Shown here piece by piece: positions 37,854-51,600 of a stretch of 64,000 bases of DNA (position 1 is its first letter; each line of letters starts with the position of its first letter). This DNA is from Perkinsus olseni (lineage: Eukaryota), in assembly GCA_013115125.1 (NCBI GenBank), contig JABANN010000076.1, forward strand, positions 1 through 64,000, read 5' to 3'. Position numbers and translations under genes: made by a program. The notes beneath the pieces were generated by a model that had not been told where the DNA came from, did no database searches, and saw nothing but the letters and a program-made list of their open reading frames with translations.

Positions 37854-39662
37854 TTATCGCTTGCAGGCCGGAGGAGCGACCGCAGGGTTGTCCGCCAGGA
37901 GCTCAGCAGGGACGTCGGCCACACTCGTGAACATGGTGAAACTTCGAGCAACCTTCTCTCTTGAAAGTTCAAGGAGCCGCTTCACTTCGTACTGGCCTGA
38001 TTTCCGGTAGTTCTCAAAAGCAGTGGCGTATTGCGCCATATCACCGCAACCCGAAAAAACGACAAGTAGATCGCCCTTGGCCATGTTCCGTAGGAGTTTC
38101 CGAATAGAAAGATCAATCTTCATCATGACCATCCTCTCGTGCTGCTTGCTAGAAGCCCTACTGGACTTGGCCAGGCCAGGACCAGACTGCTGCAACTCGC
38201 ACCACCGTTGAAAACCTCGTAGAACGTGAAGCTGAACTCTAGGCTCGGATGGCTTGGCCTCCTCATCGGGCATGAGGACATCAGTCATGGCCCGTTCCCC
38301 GTAGCGCTGCACCATGGTTGCTCGGTCGAGATCTTCACCGTGTATGCGGATGCCACCAACAAGCGAGGCCAAAGGGAGGCAGTACTTATCCTCGTCATCA
38401 GGATGCCAGTACGGGCCCTTGGCAAACTTCAGAATAGAAAGCCTCATCGCCTGTAAAGCGTCCTCAGTAGAATCATGCATACCCGTGGACTCGCGAGACA
38501 TCTTAGATTTGAGAACCTTCCGAACCAGATAGCTGAGAGCCGACTTCCTCGGCGGTCCAGCGGGGTGAGGATACAGATCGGAGGTATCAATAATGCGCCT
38601 GTGGACCATCTTCAAAGTCTTGAGATCATTCTCCAGACCATGGCCAACCAGGATGGTCTCCGAGTCCATCAACTCCATAAGAGCTAATTGAGCGTCCTTG
38701 AGCGTGGCTGTGACACCCATGAGAGATTCCCGCGTTATCCCGGAGAACTCCGTCTTGTAGTCCAGCACAGGCTTGGCAGGCTTCACGTACATGTCCAGCA
38801 GCGTCTTCGCACCCGAGTCGACGACGCTGAGGCGAGCTAGCTCCAGCCCATCCGCCGTGTCAACCATCTCACAGTCGATAGCCAGTAGATTCTTATAGTC
38901 CTTGTCGTTGAATACAAAGGCAGGCACCCCTTCACCCGCACTGGCCGGGATAGGTGGTCTCTTGTGCTCACCCAGAGGCGTGCGACACTCTACGCATCCT
39001 TCTGGAGGAACACCGCTGACGCTGTGTATAGGGAAGTCACTGGCGATCATATTGGTAGTGGTCATGAGGTAATCCGCAATGGGTATCAGTACTGGCTTCT
39101 CGTTCGAGTTGGCGGTTTTGGGGCGGAGGTCCTGCGGTATCTTGCTCTTAGCCACCATCAGTTGTAGGAACTGCGTCAGAACTGGACAGACCCGTTCTAG
39201 ATGTGGTGGAGGCTTCCCACTGGGGGGTCGCCAAGACCCAGCCCGCATACACTTCCGAATGGCATAGGACAGGAACGGGTAATCACTGCTGCCCCCTGCA
39301 GTCTTGCCCGCGGCTTCGAGTAAGGAAGCTATGTCAAAGTAGGGCGTCATAACAACTGTGATGTTCTTCACAGTGTGCATGTTCTCCAAAACGCACCACC
39401 TCGGCATGACACCGGCCTCCGAGCCGGTGGCCCACAAAAGGAAGTTCTGCACATCATGCACGGAGATAGCCTTCTGATTCTGATGCTGCAGCTTCACATG
39501 GGGCGCCAAACTGGTGACCCGACGGAGTTTCCGGGCCTTCTGGGCGTTCTGCCTGGGAGTAACCCGCTCGGACGCAGTGGTATTGGACCCCTCCGAAGAA
39601 GAAGTCGGGGCCCTGACGCTGTTGATGCCGCTGATGTCTGATGACGGACGTTTGACAGACAT
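37854..39662 (-). CDS. REX1/REXO-like DEDDh 3'-5' RNA exonuclease, intronless
   Basis: 602-aa ORF with LAIDCEMV (ExoI), LARLSVVD, DYKTEFSGIT, LVGHGLENDL (ExoII), IIDTS and HDSTEDA (ExoIII). Confidence 0.92.
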   Translation of the reverse strand: MSVKRPSSDISGINSVRAPTSSSEGSNTTASERVTPRQNAQKARKLRRVTSLAPHVKLQHQNQKAISVHDVQNFLLWATGSEAGVMPRWCVLENMHTVKNITVVMTPYFDIASLLEAAGKTAGGSSDYPFLSYAIRKCMRAGSWRPPSGKPPPHLERVCPVLTQFLQLMVAKSKIPQDLRPKTANSNEKPVLIPIADYLMTTTNMIASDFPIHSVSGVPPEGCVECRTPLGEHKRPPIPASAGEGVPAFVFNDKDYKNLLAIDCEMVDTADGLELARLSVVDSGAKTLLDMYVKPAKPVLDYKTEFSGITRESLMGVTATLKDAQLALMELMDSETILVGHGLENDLKTLKMVHRRIIDTSDLYPHPAGPPRKSALSYLVRKVLKSKMSRESTGMHDSTEDALQAMRLSILKFAKGPYWHPDDEDKYCLPLASLVGGIRIHGEDLDRATMVQRYGERAMTDVLMPDEEAKPSEPRVQLHVLRGFQRWCELQQSGPGLAKSSRASSKQHERMVMMKIDLSIRKLLRNMAKGDLLVVFSGCGDMAQYATAFENYRKSGQYEVKRLLELSREKVARSFTMFTSVADVPAELLADNPAVAPPACKR

Positions 39663-41695
39663 TCGAGAACGAGAAGGACGGAGACACTGACCTCACCGAC
39701 TTCGGAACACAACAATGACGGATGGTAAAAACGACGGTAGGCATGCAGATACCTGACAGCAAGAGAATGACCCGACCCAGAGAGCGCAGGCAGTTGCGTT
39801 AGTGATAGTAGTAGAGGTGTTAGTTGAGCTGAACTGTTGCCCAAATATTTAGTTCACAGAATCCTAAGGCCTGGGGAAAGACGCGGCGCAGCCACTAACA
39901 AGTGTGTACTGTCGGGGGGTGAGTAGTCGGGTGACGCATCCCAATCCCTAGACATTTCCGAAGCACGTGGTGATGTATGAAAGCTACTTGTCGGGGAAGG
40001 TTGTGACGAATGGCTCCATCAAAGCGGAGGTTGCCGGTCCCTATATAATAAGAGCAACCTTCAGTCATGTTCTATTTGCCCCTTCTCGAACTCCATCGTT
40101 ACGTTCAGATTTGTCGCTTTCTCTCAAGACTACTCCTCCATAGTCCCCTACTACACGTCCCATGGCACATACTTAGTGACCCATAACCAGTACGCTGTTC
40201 ACACAAAAACGCTGGTAAAATCCCGTGAGTGTTGCGAACATCCCCATGGCCCACGCGGTATGGGGCAAGGAGCCTGAGGAGGAGAGACCGCAGGCGAGGC
40301 TGAATCCTTTGTGAGCGCTACCTAATCTAAAAGCTGCCTACCTAAGCGCTACCGCCGCTCGATCCTATCTAGACTACGAATGGATAACAAAGTGAGCTCG
40401 GCCGGGTCATCTCGTCCTCATTTGCAGCAGTGAAATCCAACGCTCGCGCCCCTCTCTACCATGAGGCTTCGGCCTATAATACACCACCACTAGTACCGCG
40501 TCTTCCTTGGTTGAAACGAAGCTGCTCGTCAATCTTCGTACAGGGTTGACGATATTCTCGCATCACCGCAGCCAGAGGAAATAGATCACTACTCCATCAA
40601 CGCTGAATGGGGTGGGGGATGGCCATGGTAAGGTTATATCTACAGGATGACGAGGCACGATTCATGGCATATGGTGGCAGGGCAAGGGCTCCTCGGCATT
40701 TCCGAATAAAGCATGCTAGGCAAAAATATGATCACTATCGCAGACTCCAAGCCACGAGGCTCCGAAACTTTCGAGACAGAACGAGTTTCAGCCGCGAAAC
40801 GAGGTGGCACTGACATTCAAACCAAGACAGCGGTCACCAACATGTCAAAGAAGCGCCGAAAAAGATGTCGACAGCCTCACAGCATCATGCGTATCTGAGA
40901 CTCTCGGGTAGGCCGTGGAGGCCTGATAGCTGCTTGAGAAACACTTAAAGGTGATTTTTGGATTTATCTGGCGAGGCCGCCGAGCTCGTCTTCAGTTCCT
41001 CAAATTGCGTCCCGAATGGCAGTCACTCCGCTGCTTACTGTGAAGCGACCACAGTATAGTCACGCAGTTCTTCCACAGGGAGCTCATCGAGGCCCGACTC
41101 TCTCAAGAATCCAAACCAGTACCAGAGGCCTATCAGTCGTCCGAAGAATGACAACCGTACCGTCAAGCCAGTACGCACTTGAAACGAAAAAGCGCACGCC
41201 CGAAAATAGGCCACGTGTAGCTGATCCCTGGTTGGCTAATCGGTCCCTGGTAGGCGTACCGCGGCGGTTCTACCGGCAACTCCGGAGTGTAGATGGGCTC
41301 AAATCTCATTTCCACGCATCATTCTGCCAAGTAATACTGATCGGTGATGGTAGACGCACTGTAGAGCTAAAACGACTACCGGAAAATCCCCGGCTTTCAT
41401 CCGCGACCTCGCGCAACATAGGGAAAAGAACTCGTGTCGCGAATCGATCAGCCTTTAGCGCTCTATGGGCGTCATAGACCCGACTCTGCTTTTCTATTGA
41501 GAAGGTGCAGATTCCGCGTACCAAATACTGTTTTCCGGTGAAAAAACTAGAGTAACTCGACACTATTGGTTGAAACGATGATCTTCTCGAACATCTCGCC
41601 AAAAAATGAAAAGAATCGTGAAAAAAGGTACTCTATTATAGACTCTGTACTGAAGAGAATCCAAACCGTTATCGAGGGGATAATGATGCTGAAAA

Positions 41696-43798
41696 TTAAA
41701 TAACCTTCTCGTCAACAGGCCACATGATGGTCTTAGTCTCGAGGTAGTTATCAAGGGCCTCCGCTCCCTGAGACGAGACAAGGTACTCGCCAGTAAAGCG
41801 AGATGGGTCACGGCTAGGCTGCTTACCTTCTCTCGTCCCCACCCAGACAGCTTGTAACCACCGAAGGGCGCCGCTGCGTCGAAGTTGTCGTAGCAATTGA
41901 TCCATACGGAACCTGGCATAACCATGTCCAATACTCCTCGGTGAGCCGACCAGAGCTGTTCAACTCACCAGCCTTGAGCTCCTTAGCTACTTTGGTAGCC
42001 TTGCCGATGTTTCGTGTGCATACACCAGCCGCTAGACCGAATGCAGTATCATTCGCCCTCCTGACGGCCTCCTCTAGAGTCTGAACGAATCGAAACGACA
42101 TTTCCGCTGAGTGAAACGAGAAGTGTTGAAGCAATCCCTGACACCGTTTATTGCATGCTCCGAGGAATCTTACGTCGAACGGAGCGATCTGCATGACAGG
42201 TCCGAAGATCTCTTCTCTCGAGATCTTCATATCATCCTTCACGTTACCGAACACCGTTGGCTCCACGAAGTACCTGTCGATGGTCGGGTGATTGACGACC
42301 ACGATCGGTGACGTAGTAGCATAATGCTGCTACTTCTCGTGAGCCCCAGAATTGCAAGAGAATTACACTGTCCGGGTTATACCGCACCTTCCCTAGAACC
42401 TACCCCTTATTTCCCAGACGCTTTCCACCGCATAGGAGATCAGCCCCTTCATCAATTCCAGACTTGATGTAGGACATCACGCGCTCGAACTGGATCTTGT
42501 CGACCTGGCAAAGATACTACAGGATAGCGTTCATCGGTTTTTTATAACTACCTGAGGTCCCTGCTCGCAGTTGATGTCACGAGGGTCACCGACTCGCTTC
42601 TTCTTCGCACGCTCAACAGCCTTTCTCACAAACTCATCGTAGACGCCGCGCTGTACGTAAATGCCTGAAAGCTACAATCACAACAACCTAAAGACCGCCC
42701 GCCCAGTGAACCAGCCGAGGCGACGGGAGTCGGAGTGAACGCCCCCCCTTACGGCTGGCAGCACAACAACATTGGCCGTGGTTAAGGAATAGGCCAATAT
42801 CGGAAACGGCCAAGGCTTGATCAAGATCAGCGTCATCGCAGACGATAAGAGGGGACTTGCCTCCCAGTTCGAGAGTGACCTAAGAGACTTTTTCTCACAG
42901 TAACGGCGGTAATGAAGACACATACCTTCTTAAGATTGGACTCGGCGCTGGCCTTGACAATCTTGGGGCCGGTCACGCTGCTGCCGGTGAAGGCAACCTT
43001 GTCAACGTCCATGTGGCGAGCAAGGATCTCACCTATCATTAAAAGCTCTGCTGAAACAGACGAGCAGCTGCTCCGTAGGGCTTACCAACTTCAGGGCCAC
43101 CGTTAACGATGTTCACGACTCCGGGAGGGAATCCGGCTTCCTTGATGAGTTGGCCGAAGAGAAGTCCAGTGAGGGGAGTCTTCTCCGATAATTTCATCAC
43201 CATTGTGCCTGCATCGACGACACTACTCGACACGCAGCAGACAGGTTGATGTCCTACAACCAGCAGCGAGAGCCGGAGCCAGCTTCCATGCTTGCATCAG
43301 CAGGGGGAAGTTCCAGGGAATGATCTGTGCAACTACTCCGATGGGCTCCTTAACGGTGAGGCACATGTTATGACCATCCACCGGTACCACATTTCCCAGA
43401 ACTTTATCAGCCCAGCCAGCGAAGTACTTGTACGTCCTCTTGCAGAGGTTGATGTCAGCAGCCTTGGCCACCGCAATTGGCTTGCCGTTATCCAAGCTCT
43501 CGAGCTCAGCAAGACGGTCCTCGTGGAGTTCGATGAGATCACCAAGCCTGTAGAGGCAGTCTCTGCGGAAGGACCCATCAGAATCCTTCCAAGTCTCGAA
43601 CGCCTTCCTCGCCGCTTTCACCGCGATGTCGATATCCTGGGCACCGGCAACCTCCACCTTCTCGATAGGCTCGCCATCCACTGGGTTAATGGATGTTAGC
43701 GTTTTACCAGACTTGGCCGAAACAAACTCATTGTTGATGAAGAGCTTAGTCTGAATCGGGAGGCTCTTGGAAGCAGGACCGTTGGCGGTTAGGGACAT
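41696..43798 (-). CDS. Aldehyde dehydrogenase (ALDH1/2-like), multi-exon
   Basis: [60 protein letters not shown] and [13 protein letters not shown] at 43798. Confidence 0.95.
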
Positions 43799-44250
43799 GA
43801 TGGGGTTCAATACGCTGATAAAAGAAAAGTAGCAAATCACCGAACAGCACGCATGCACTCGAAGGCCCCACACAAATTGAAGAGCATACGTGCGCCCACT
43901 GTCTCTATCGACCTTCCTAATCAAATATCCCAAGTTCCTTCCATAAAGCATCTTCCAATGCCACACCAGTACGCCCTATCCCAGGAACTCGCCAATCATA
44001 ACCTACGCCACTGAACTACGTCAATTGACGATAGCGCGCGCGCTGGAGTACCATGATAAGGCGAGGGAGGAGGCACGGCAGGAGTAGATAGACAGTGCTT
44101 CAAATCTTGGCTGTGTCCGCGTCACGCCTGAACTAACTCCATGTCACGGGGTTGTAGACAGGCAGGCCGTTATGGAGGCGTAAAATGAGGTGACGCATGT
44201 GCCTACAATGGCTCCATGTCTTCCGCCTGCCAGTAAAGTGGGAATACTGG

Positions 44251-44883
44251 GCACTCTAGTGCCAACCACCTTCATTGCTACTGCTCTTGCTCTCTGCGTG
44301 CCTTTGCCTGGGTTTGTCCGCTCGAGCCAGCAAACACATGCATTCCTCGTCAGGCTACTGTATCGAATATACGTTTACCCTACATCCATAACGAGATCAG
44401 CTTTTTACCCTTCTTTGTGCCCCGTCTCAAACTACCACACTGTACTGAGTTATAGTGCAGTTGCGGTAACAGGCTGTTTACTAGAAGGTACATACTGTAG
44501 TACCCCTTCTCTGGTACAGTGGGCGAGGGGTCTATATTCTGTCCATTGGAGGACGACTAGCTGAAGCGTAGTTCTCGACACTCCTCCTGACTCCGAGGCA
44601 AGAGTCCGTTCAACCACTTTAACGAGTGGCTACATCGAGGCGACTGTGCACTATAGTGACAACTACCTTCATTGCTGCTACGTACCCACCTTGCTCTTTG
44701 TGCGCCTTTGCTCGTGGTACGTACGTTCGTCCCAGTGAACACGTGCGTTCCTCGTCATGCTATGGAACATGCGTTCACCATAAATCCAACAACTAGATCA
44801 GTTTTCCGAACTCCTCTCGAGTCCGGTTTTACCTCTCTTTGAGCCCCGTCTCAAATAGCCACACTGTACTGAGTTATAGTGCA
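44251..44883. repeat. Diverged ~210-235-bp direct repeat pair (44251-44459 and 44648-44883)
   Basis: Shared blocks gcact.tagtg.caac.accttcattgct, ttcctcgtca.gcta, agatcag, gccccgtctcaaa and ccacactgtactgagttatagtgca. Confidence 0.8.
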
Positions 44884-45660
44884 ACTGTCAGCGTTGAGCA
44901 GTAATCAACACTTCGAATAATCGTTCGCGGGCACCCGTTTTGCGGCATGGAAGGGCTCAGATTCAGCCAAATGCGCCAATCTCGGAAATGTGACCCTGGC
45001 GATAGGCGATTGAGGGTGACGAGGCATACCTTGAACCAGCCGCCGCGAACGACCGAATGGTGCAAAGCCGGCCGCCGGCCGATGGAAAACTGCATGCGTG
45101 AAGTCATTGAGGAGTCGGAGACGCGAATGAACCGCAGTAGAACGCCAAAGCCATCCAATTGGCATGTTCACTTTGTAGCTCATTTCGTGGTGAGGAGATA
45201 ACGGGCAAAGTGGTACGATACCGCCCGAAGTTCGAACCGAATCCGTCGCGCGCGGAGTTTCCCCCACGAGATGAAGAAAAGGGGCACGAACCTCATACCA
45301 ACACCTTCATGTAGCCTTTGAAATCAGTCTCACTAACCGAATCTAATTCCACCATGGTGCGCCCAATCGCGGCTCTAGCGCTGCCTTAAATTCATCGGTA
45401 TTCTATTCGACCTGAGTTGCAGTGCAGCCCCTCGCCCCAGCCCGCAGCCAGCAGCGAAGGCAGCTCCACCAAGCCTTCAATTACCCATTAACAAACTGCC
45501 CCGCAGCACCTCGAGGAAACTATCTACTTTTCTACACAATAATTCGATAAGAAATAAAACTATCCCAAATGCCGTGTACTATACATTAGTAGTGCACCTC
45601 AGACCTAAGGTACTGTATAAATGAACATCGCGATAAGTAGTAATAACGAAGAGAAACTCC

Positions 45661-48600
45661 TCACACTTCATTCGGCAAACCAGCAGGCTGGGTCTTCTCA
45701 GCGGGCAGGGAAGGGATCCCTAACATTCGCTGGAGCTCTCGGGACAGTACCGTCGATCCGGGATGTCTGGACGCGTACGTCACGCTAGGTGCTGAGGAGT
45801 GGCAAGAAGTACTGTCGAATTGCTGGGGTGCACTACTTACCTTTCTTAGCTTTCCGGGCACCTTTTCCCTTACCACTATTCCCAGTCCCGTCCTGCCGTC
45901 GAGGGTCGTTAACGCCGTTGGTTTTCGGCAAGGAAGTGTACGTCTTTGCGCCCTTCTGCGTTGTGGCAGATGATGAGGCTTCTACTGGGAGCACAAGAAT
46001 GTCAGAGGAAGCCACCACAAGGCCACGCATACTGCTGCACCTGCGCCCGAAAATACAGGGGCACGCAAAGAGACGCCCCTACCTTCCAAAGGCCGTATCA
46101 CAGCCGAATGTCGGGCGGTCGAAAAGTAGTTCAACCTTCATATCCTGACCCGGGCGACCATAGACAGCCGTTACTATGCATCTAGCCCCAACCGGCGCAG
46201 GCCCCTCAGCATCGACATAAACAGCTGACGAAGCACCAGGAATATCGCTCGCCTCGCGTGAGGATTCTCACCTCTACTGCCCACCTTTGGGGGCTCCTTG
46301 CAGGACTTGCTCACGAACTTCGCGTTCTTCACCCCCAGCAACTGCTCTGGGCTCACGGTGATACTAGGGGGCTTCGGGTCGTGCTTCAGTTGGTAGTCCA
46401 GGAAGCCCTCCAAGAATTGAACTCCCATTCGCGGTAAAGCAGTGTAGGAAGGTGACACCAAAGGCAACCGGCGGAACTCCTGTAACAAGCAGCACTACCT
46501 ACGCATGCGCCACCTTCCCCCTACTACCTGCTCCCCCAACCATTTCTTCAACTTAGCAAGCTCGTATTCATAATCCTCAGTGCCCGTGTCCAACAACCGC
46601 TTCGCCGACAAACTCAAGTTGGTGTCGACGTGGTCCAGATCGCAGAGGCCATCAAAGACGCTCGGGAAGGCTCTCATGTAGTCCTGAAAGACGACTCAAT
46701 CGTTGAGCGCGCGATGAGGTGGTGACGTACCTTCACTGCCTGGACGGCATAGTTGCTGAAGGACCAACGATCTTCTCGAGTCTCAGGGTTGTGGGAGTGG
46801 CGAGTGTAGTTGGGTATGACCAGCATCTTCCAAGCCGACTTGCCCAGGGAGACCTCCGAGCGTGTCCAATGGAAGAGCTCCATCCCAACCTGAAGGGAGA
46901 ACATCATCATTCGCACGTCATCCCCGCACAAGAACTGCCTCCAAGACTCACCGCACAACCGATAGGTGCCGAATGAATACCATAATTCTCTCATTTCTTT
47001 CGAGGGAATAATCCACCCCGGCTAGCATGGTCGCTACGGAGTATCTCACATGTTGCCCGTAGAAAAACAACACAGTCGCAACACACGCCCCGACTCGAAG
47101 ACCCATCTTTGCCGAGAGCTTCAACCGACTATGCGCCAGCTCAAACCAATTCAATTTTCAGACTGTCTTGCATTGGTGAATTATCAGTACAGTTATTCCA
47201 GTTGGCCCTCACCGTTGTCGATTGCGAGGCGGGACACTGCGACCGGCTAAAAGAGCCCAAGATCAACGCATGCTACCTGCACCCGTTCCCTGCCAAGTTT
47301 GGCGGTGATGCTGCCGGCAATCATCCACCATAGCTCCACGGTAAGGCCAGCCCTGCTAGCCGCTACCTCGGTGCTATACCACCTCAGGCCGCTCCTATCC
47401 CGCAGCATCCTCTCTGCAGACGACTTCGCCGCTGCAGCGTCCCATCCAAGGGGCTGCTCCGTGTCCACGGCGACCTCCCCCGGGCGAATGCTCCTTATCG
47501 TACCCACACATCCCGCATAGACGCTCCTCAAGTCACTGACGATGACGCGCTTGCCCACCACCAGTTGCGGCCCTGTCTTAGCCTCCTCAACCCGAACGGG
47601 ATGCGGCTCCAAAACTCTACACAGGGCTGCCAACCTCAACTCGGTCCTCGCGGAGAACTCATAAACTCTCTTCCCAGACCGCTCGATGCGTTGTCCGACG
47701 ACCCTCCGGACCTCCAGAATCGGCTGCTCAGCTTCCATGTCCTCTGGTGTTAGCTCATCATCTTTGGATTTGAACTCAAAGCACAGGCCGTGGCGGTCGT
47801 GGTAGTCCAGTTCATCTTCAACATCAGTACGAAAGGTCGATGATGATACCGCCTTTTCGCCATCTCTCGTAACCCTCATCACTTTACCATCCGCCGTCAT
47901 GTACCGTATAGCCACAACACGGCCTCTGTGGACGCAAGGGTAGTCGATCTAGAAAGAAAACGAGATCTCCTCTCACCGTACCAACAATGGTGGAGTCGGC
48001 GAACCCGGCACACACCTGAACGGCATATGCCTTCAGCATCTCCTTGCAGGAGCCCATCAGTTCATCGAAAGACTCTTCCATGGTGAGGAACATGGACTGC
48101 CTCTGACTAGCGAAATTGAACACTTTCACTCCCACCGCATAGCATGGCACCACAGTCTTCGTCTGGAGCGAGGGCCAACAGTCCCTGACAAGCTTCCCCT
48201 TCACGACGACCGAGGAGCGCGAATCGGCACCTACTCATATTTCCGCAGATCACAATTCGGCAGCACCCAGTGGGGGAAGTAGTCCATGCCAACCGGCAGA
48301 GGCGGGTGAGAGAAGGGTTCGATATCAACCGTAACATGACCCAAGTCAGGCAGGAATCGCGGTACCGTCGACTTCAGAGCCACAGGCTTGGCCGAAGGGT
48401 CATATCGGTACACATGAGCGCCACCTGAGAGATACGCCAGTGGCGCAGGCAGCCATCAAGCATCGAGCCAGCAGTAAGCTCCAGAATCTTGTTCACGACG
48501 AGTTAGATAATTCTAGCTTCCGTTACTTGTCCTATGGTTATGCTGGCTACTTGAGTCACTGAGCTAGGTCTCAGAATGGTGCACTCGAGCTCATGTAAGA

Positions 48601-51600
48601 TCTCTCGTATCATCTCCATTACCATTGGTATTCCTCTTTTTCTCTTCTGCAGTCAATACGTTCTTCCCTGTCCTCTCAGCCTCAGCCACAGCATCATCCA
48701 TGGCCTTGAACAATACATTCTCATCGACGAAGTTGATCAATGCCGTGCCTGAGGAGTTCGCCAGCTCGCTCGAGGGCCGCTCCCCTCTCGATAACATGAG
48801 CTACAACCGTCACCACAACAATCCAAGTCACGCGTTCCGTTCCCTCTTAGTGATGATTACCAAACGAGGGACCATAATGCGGCTCTAAGGTTCCTCTCTG
48901 CACTGACTACCTCCCCACGGGACTTTAACCCCGTCGATGTCGATGTCAAATCTCTCAGGATAGTACTGCTTCACAGGTGATGATGGAGAAGTGAAAAGAG
49001 GGGCGAAGACTCTGGGCAGAAGCTTCCGACCGGAGGAGGCCGGCAGGACCTGATCGTAGTCACAGACCGTTGATGCAACTCAGCGTCTTCTCTATATCTT
49101 CATGCGGAGAAAGCTCCCCGCGAGGCCGAACTTTGTCGCGCACAAATCCATCCTCAAAGGAAGCGCTTCGAAACTTGATACCACTCTTCGCCCCGCTCCT
49201 AGCGTCTCATCACGCCAGATCCGTCAGGGAAAATAAAGAACAGCTTTCCCACGGCTTCTTACACTCATGAGCTGCTGGAACGGCGTGACCGGTCCTCCAC
49301 CATCGAATTTGATCTGCGACCCGGCCTCAGCGAAATCGTCAAAGTCGTTGACCATGGTCGACACAAAGGGTGCGTAGTGGTGATGATAATACCAGTGCCA
49401 TGAAGGAGGCCCTCGGTAGTAATAAGAGTAACTATACACGATACACTGCCGATGTTGTCAGCTAGAGACCAGCGTCCAGCTCCGGAGAGGCAGTACTTAC
49501 GACCACTGTAGCCCTTCCATGTAGTCCCTGACGAGCTGGCCCCTCTCCTCTTTGGTATTACATTCCGCCTTCACCTTGTAGTACTGCAATCTCGCCTCTT
49601 CCGGTGACTCTGAAGTATAGGCTTATAACGAGACTATGGATGATAGTGAACCTACTAGGGTATCCCAAGCCAGTCTTCACTTGGTACTCGTAGCTTATAC
49701 GCGAGCCACCACGACCATTACCGCCACACCGGCGTCGGCCTGATTTCGGGAAAGTGCGGTACGATAGCATTATGGACTGCTTACGGCCGATCTGCCAATG
49801 ACTTTTGGAGACCTCATCTGCGAGGAACTTCTCTTCACTCGTGCTATACACAGTAAGGTACTTGAGGAAGTTGGCCCAGTTAATGCCACCGCCATGCTCG
49901 ACCAACCACGGGTCATCGCTGGACTCCTCCTTCTTACGATACCTGCCATCGCACAGGAAAAATTGTGCGTCATCGCCTTCGTACGCCCGAGAAGATCACC
50001 GCCACCGTCACCGATCGTACCGACAACTATAAGATAGGTTGTATATTAAACACAAGTTTTTACTTTACCCCAATATTACGTACCCATAATGAGCCAATAG
50101 CGGGTATATCTAGTCGGTGCCAATCACGTATCATCACAGTCCGTCACGAAGGAGATCCAATATGCAATAATGAGGCCGCTATGCCACGTGGATTCCACTG
50201 CAATTCTTCGACCGTCGTTGTCGCCCCGCCGCGTGGCATAGTGATATCACTTTTGCTCTTCTGTATTTCTCCGCTGTTACAGACTGTATGAGCACATGAT
50301 TCACTACTAAAACATACTACCCCTACCACCACTCCATCGCCTATCATCCACTCATTGATCGAGATACACACGGCCCGTACACTTACGTCTTGTAGGCTGT
50401 GAAGAGCCGTTCCAGACCGCCGTCCCCTACACCAGTGTAAGGCAGGTGTGGGAGGAAGTCGTTGCCGACCAACATGCAGAAAAGGACGAAATCGTCGATC
50501 ACCCGTTCCAGGTCATCTTCTCCGAATTCGAGAGCAAGGTATTCCCTGAGGACCTGGAGCGCAATGACGAGAAGGATGCCGGTCCTGGTACAGCGCAGAC
50601 GCGGAACAAGCGGGTGACGACCGAGGGGAGGTAAGGTGAATCCGGCAAGGATGAGCAGCTTACGTGGATATGGAGTAGCTGCAGCCTATCAGGTCGCACC
50701 AACGACCGGGCGTCTGTCTTCTCAGGGCCGAAGATAACCTCTTCCCGTAGCAATGCCACCTACGGTCACCCAAACACTACCAGAGGCAACACCATCGGAG
50801 TGCTCACATAGGGTTCATGAGTAGCAAGAGTAAGCATGATAAGATCAGCATCCAGGCCGTATCTTGAGAGGATATACTCGAGGCCACGCGGAAGGCTCAT
50901 TACACGCAATGCCGAGTATTCGGGTCGTAGTCGGGCTGAGACTTCGTCGTCCTAATGTAGTCCATTATCTTATGTTCTCCTTCCCCAGGAACCTTGAAGA
51001 TCGCGCACAGCGAAGGATATCCTCACTCAGACGACTTTTTTCTTTCTACATCAGGGCCAGAGACGACCACATCAACACCCTGCCACAGGGGATTCTCGTT
51101 AATCATCTTCTGAGTGAAGAATCTGAACCACTGACCGTCCTCTCTCGAACCCGAGAAGGCAAACCTACCTGAGCTGTTGCGTCAGCCTCTCCATGAAAGC
51201 CGTGCCGGGAGTGATTGAATTACTATCAAAGAACGTATCTGGCACCTCTAGTTAGGGCGTCGCGGTGACAGAGCGACACCATTTACAGGGCAACGAGAAA
51301 CCAATGGAGCACTCGTTTAGCTCTAACTCTCACAAATGATAAGAACATGAGCGATGAATATACATCCACGTTCGGGTCTCTGAGCAGGGCGAGGAGGTGG
51401 TTTCTCGACTTGAAGTAATACGGCATGATGGTTCAACGGCAATGTAGAATCATTCCACTGCGTGTTCCGCGCAGTGGAACACGCAGTGGATTCCGCACTG
51501 TGCGTTCGGGTTCGGGTTCGGGTTCGTTCGGGTTCGGGTTCGGATTCCGCACTGTGTGGCAATCCGCCTTCCACGGTTACTAATCATTTTCCATTTCGTT

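Noticed and set aside
39700..41650. Short ORFs in the ~2-kb interval between REX1 and ALDH
   Set aside because: No recognisable motifs or consistent exon chain
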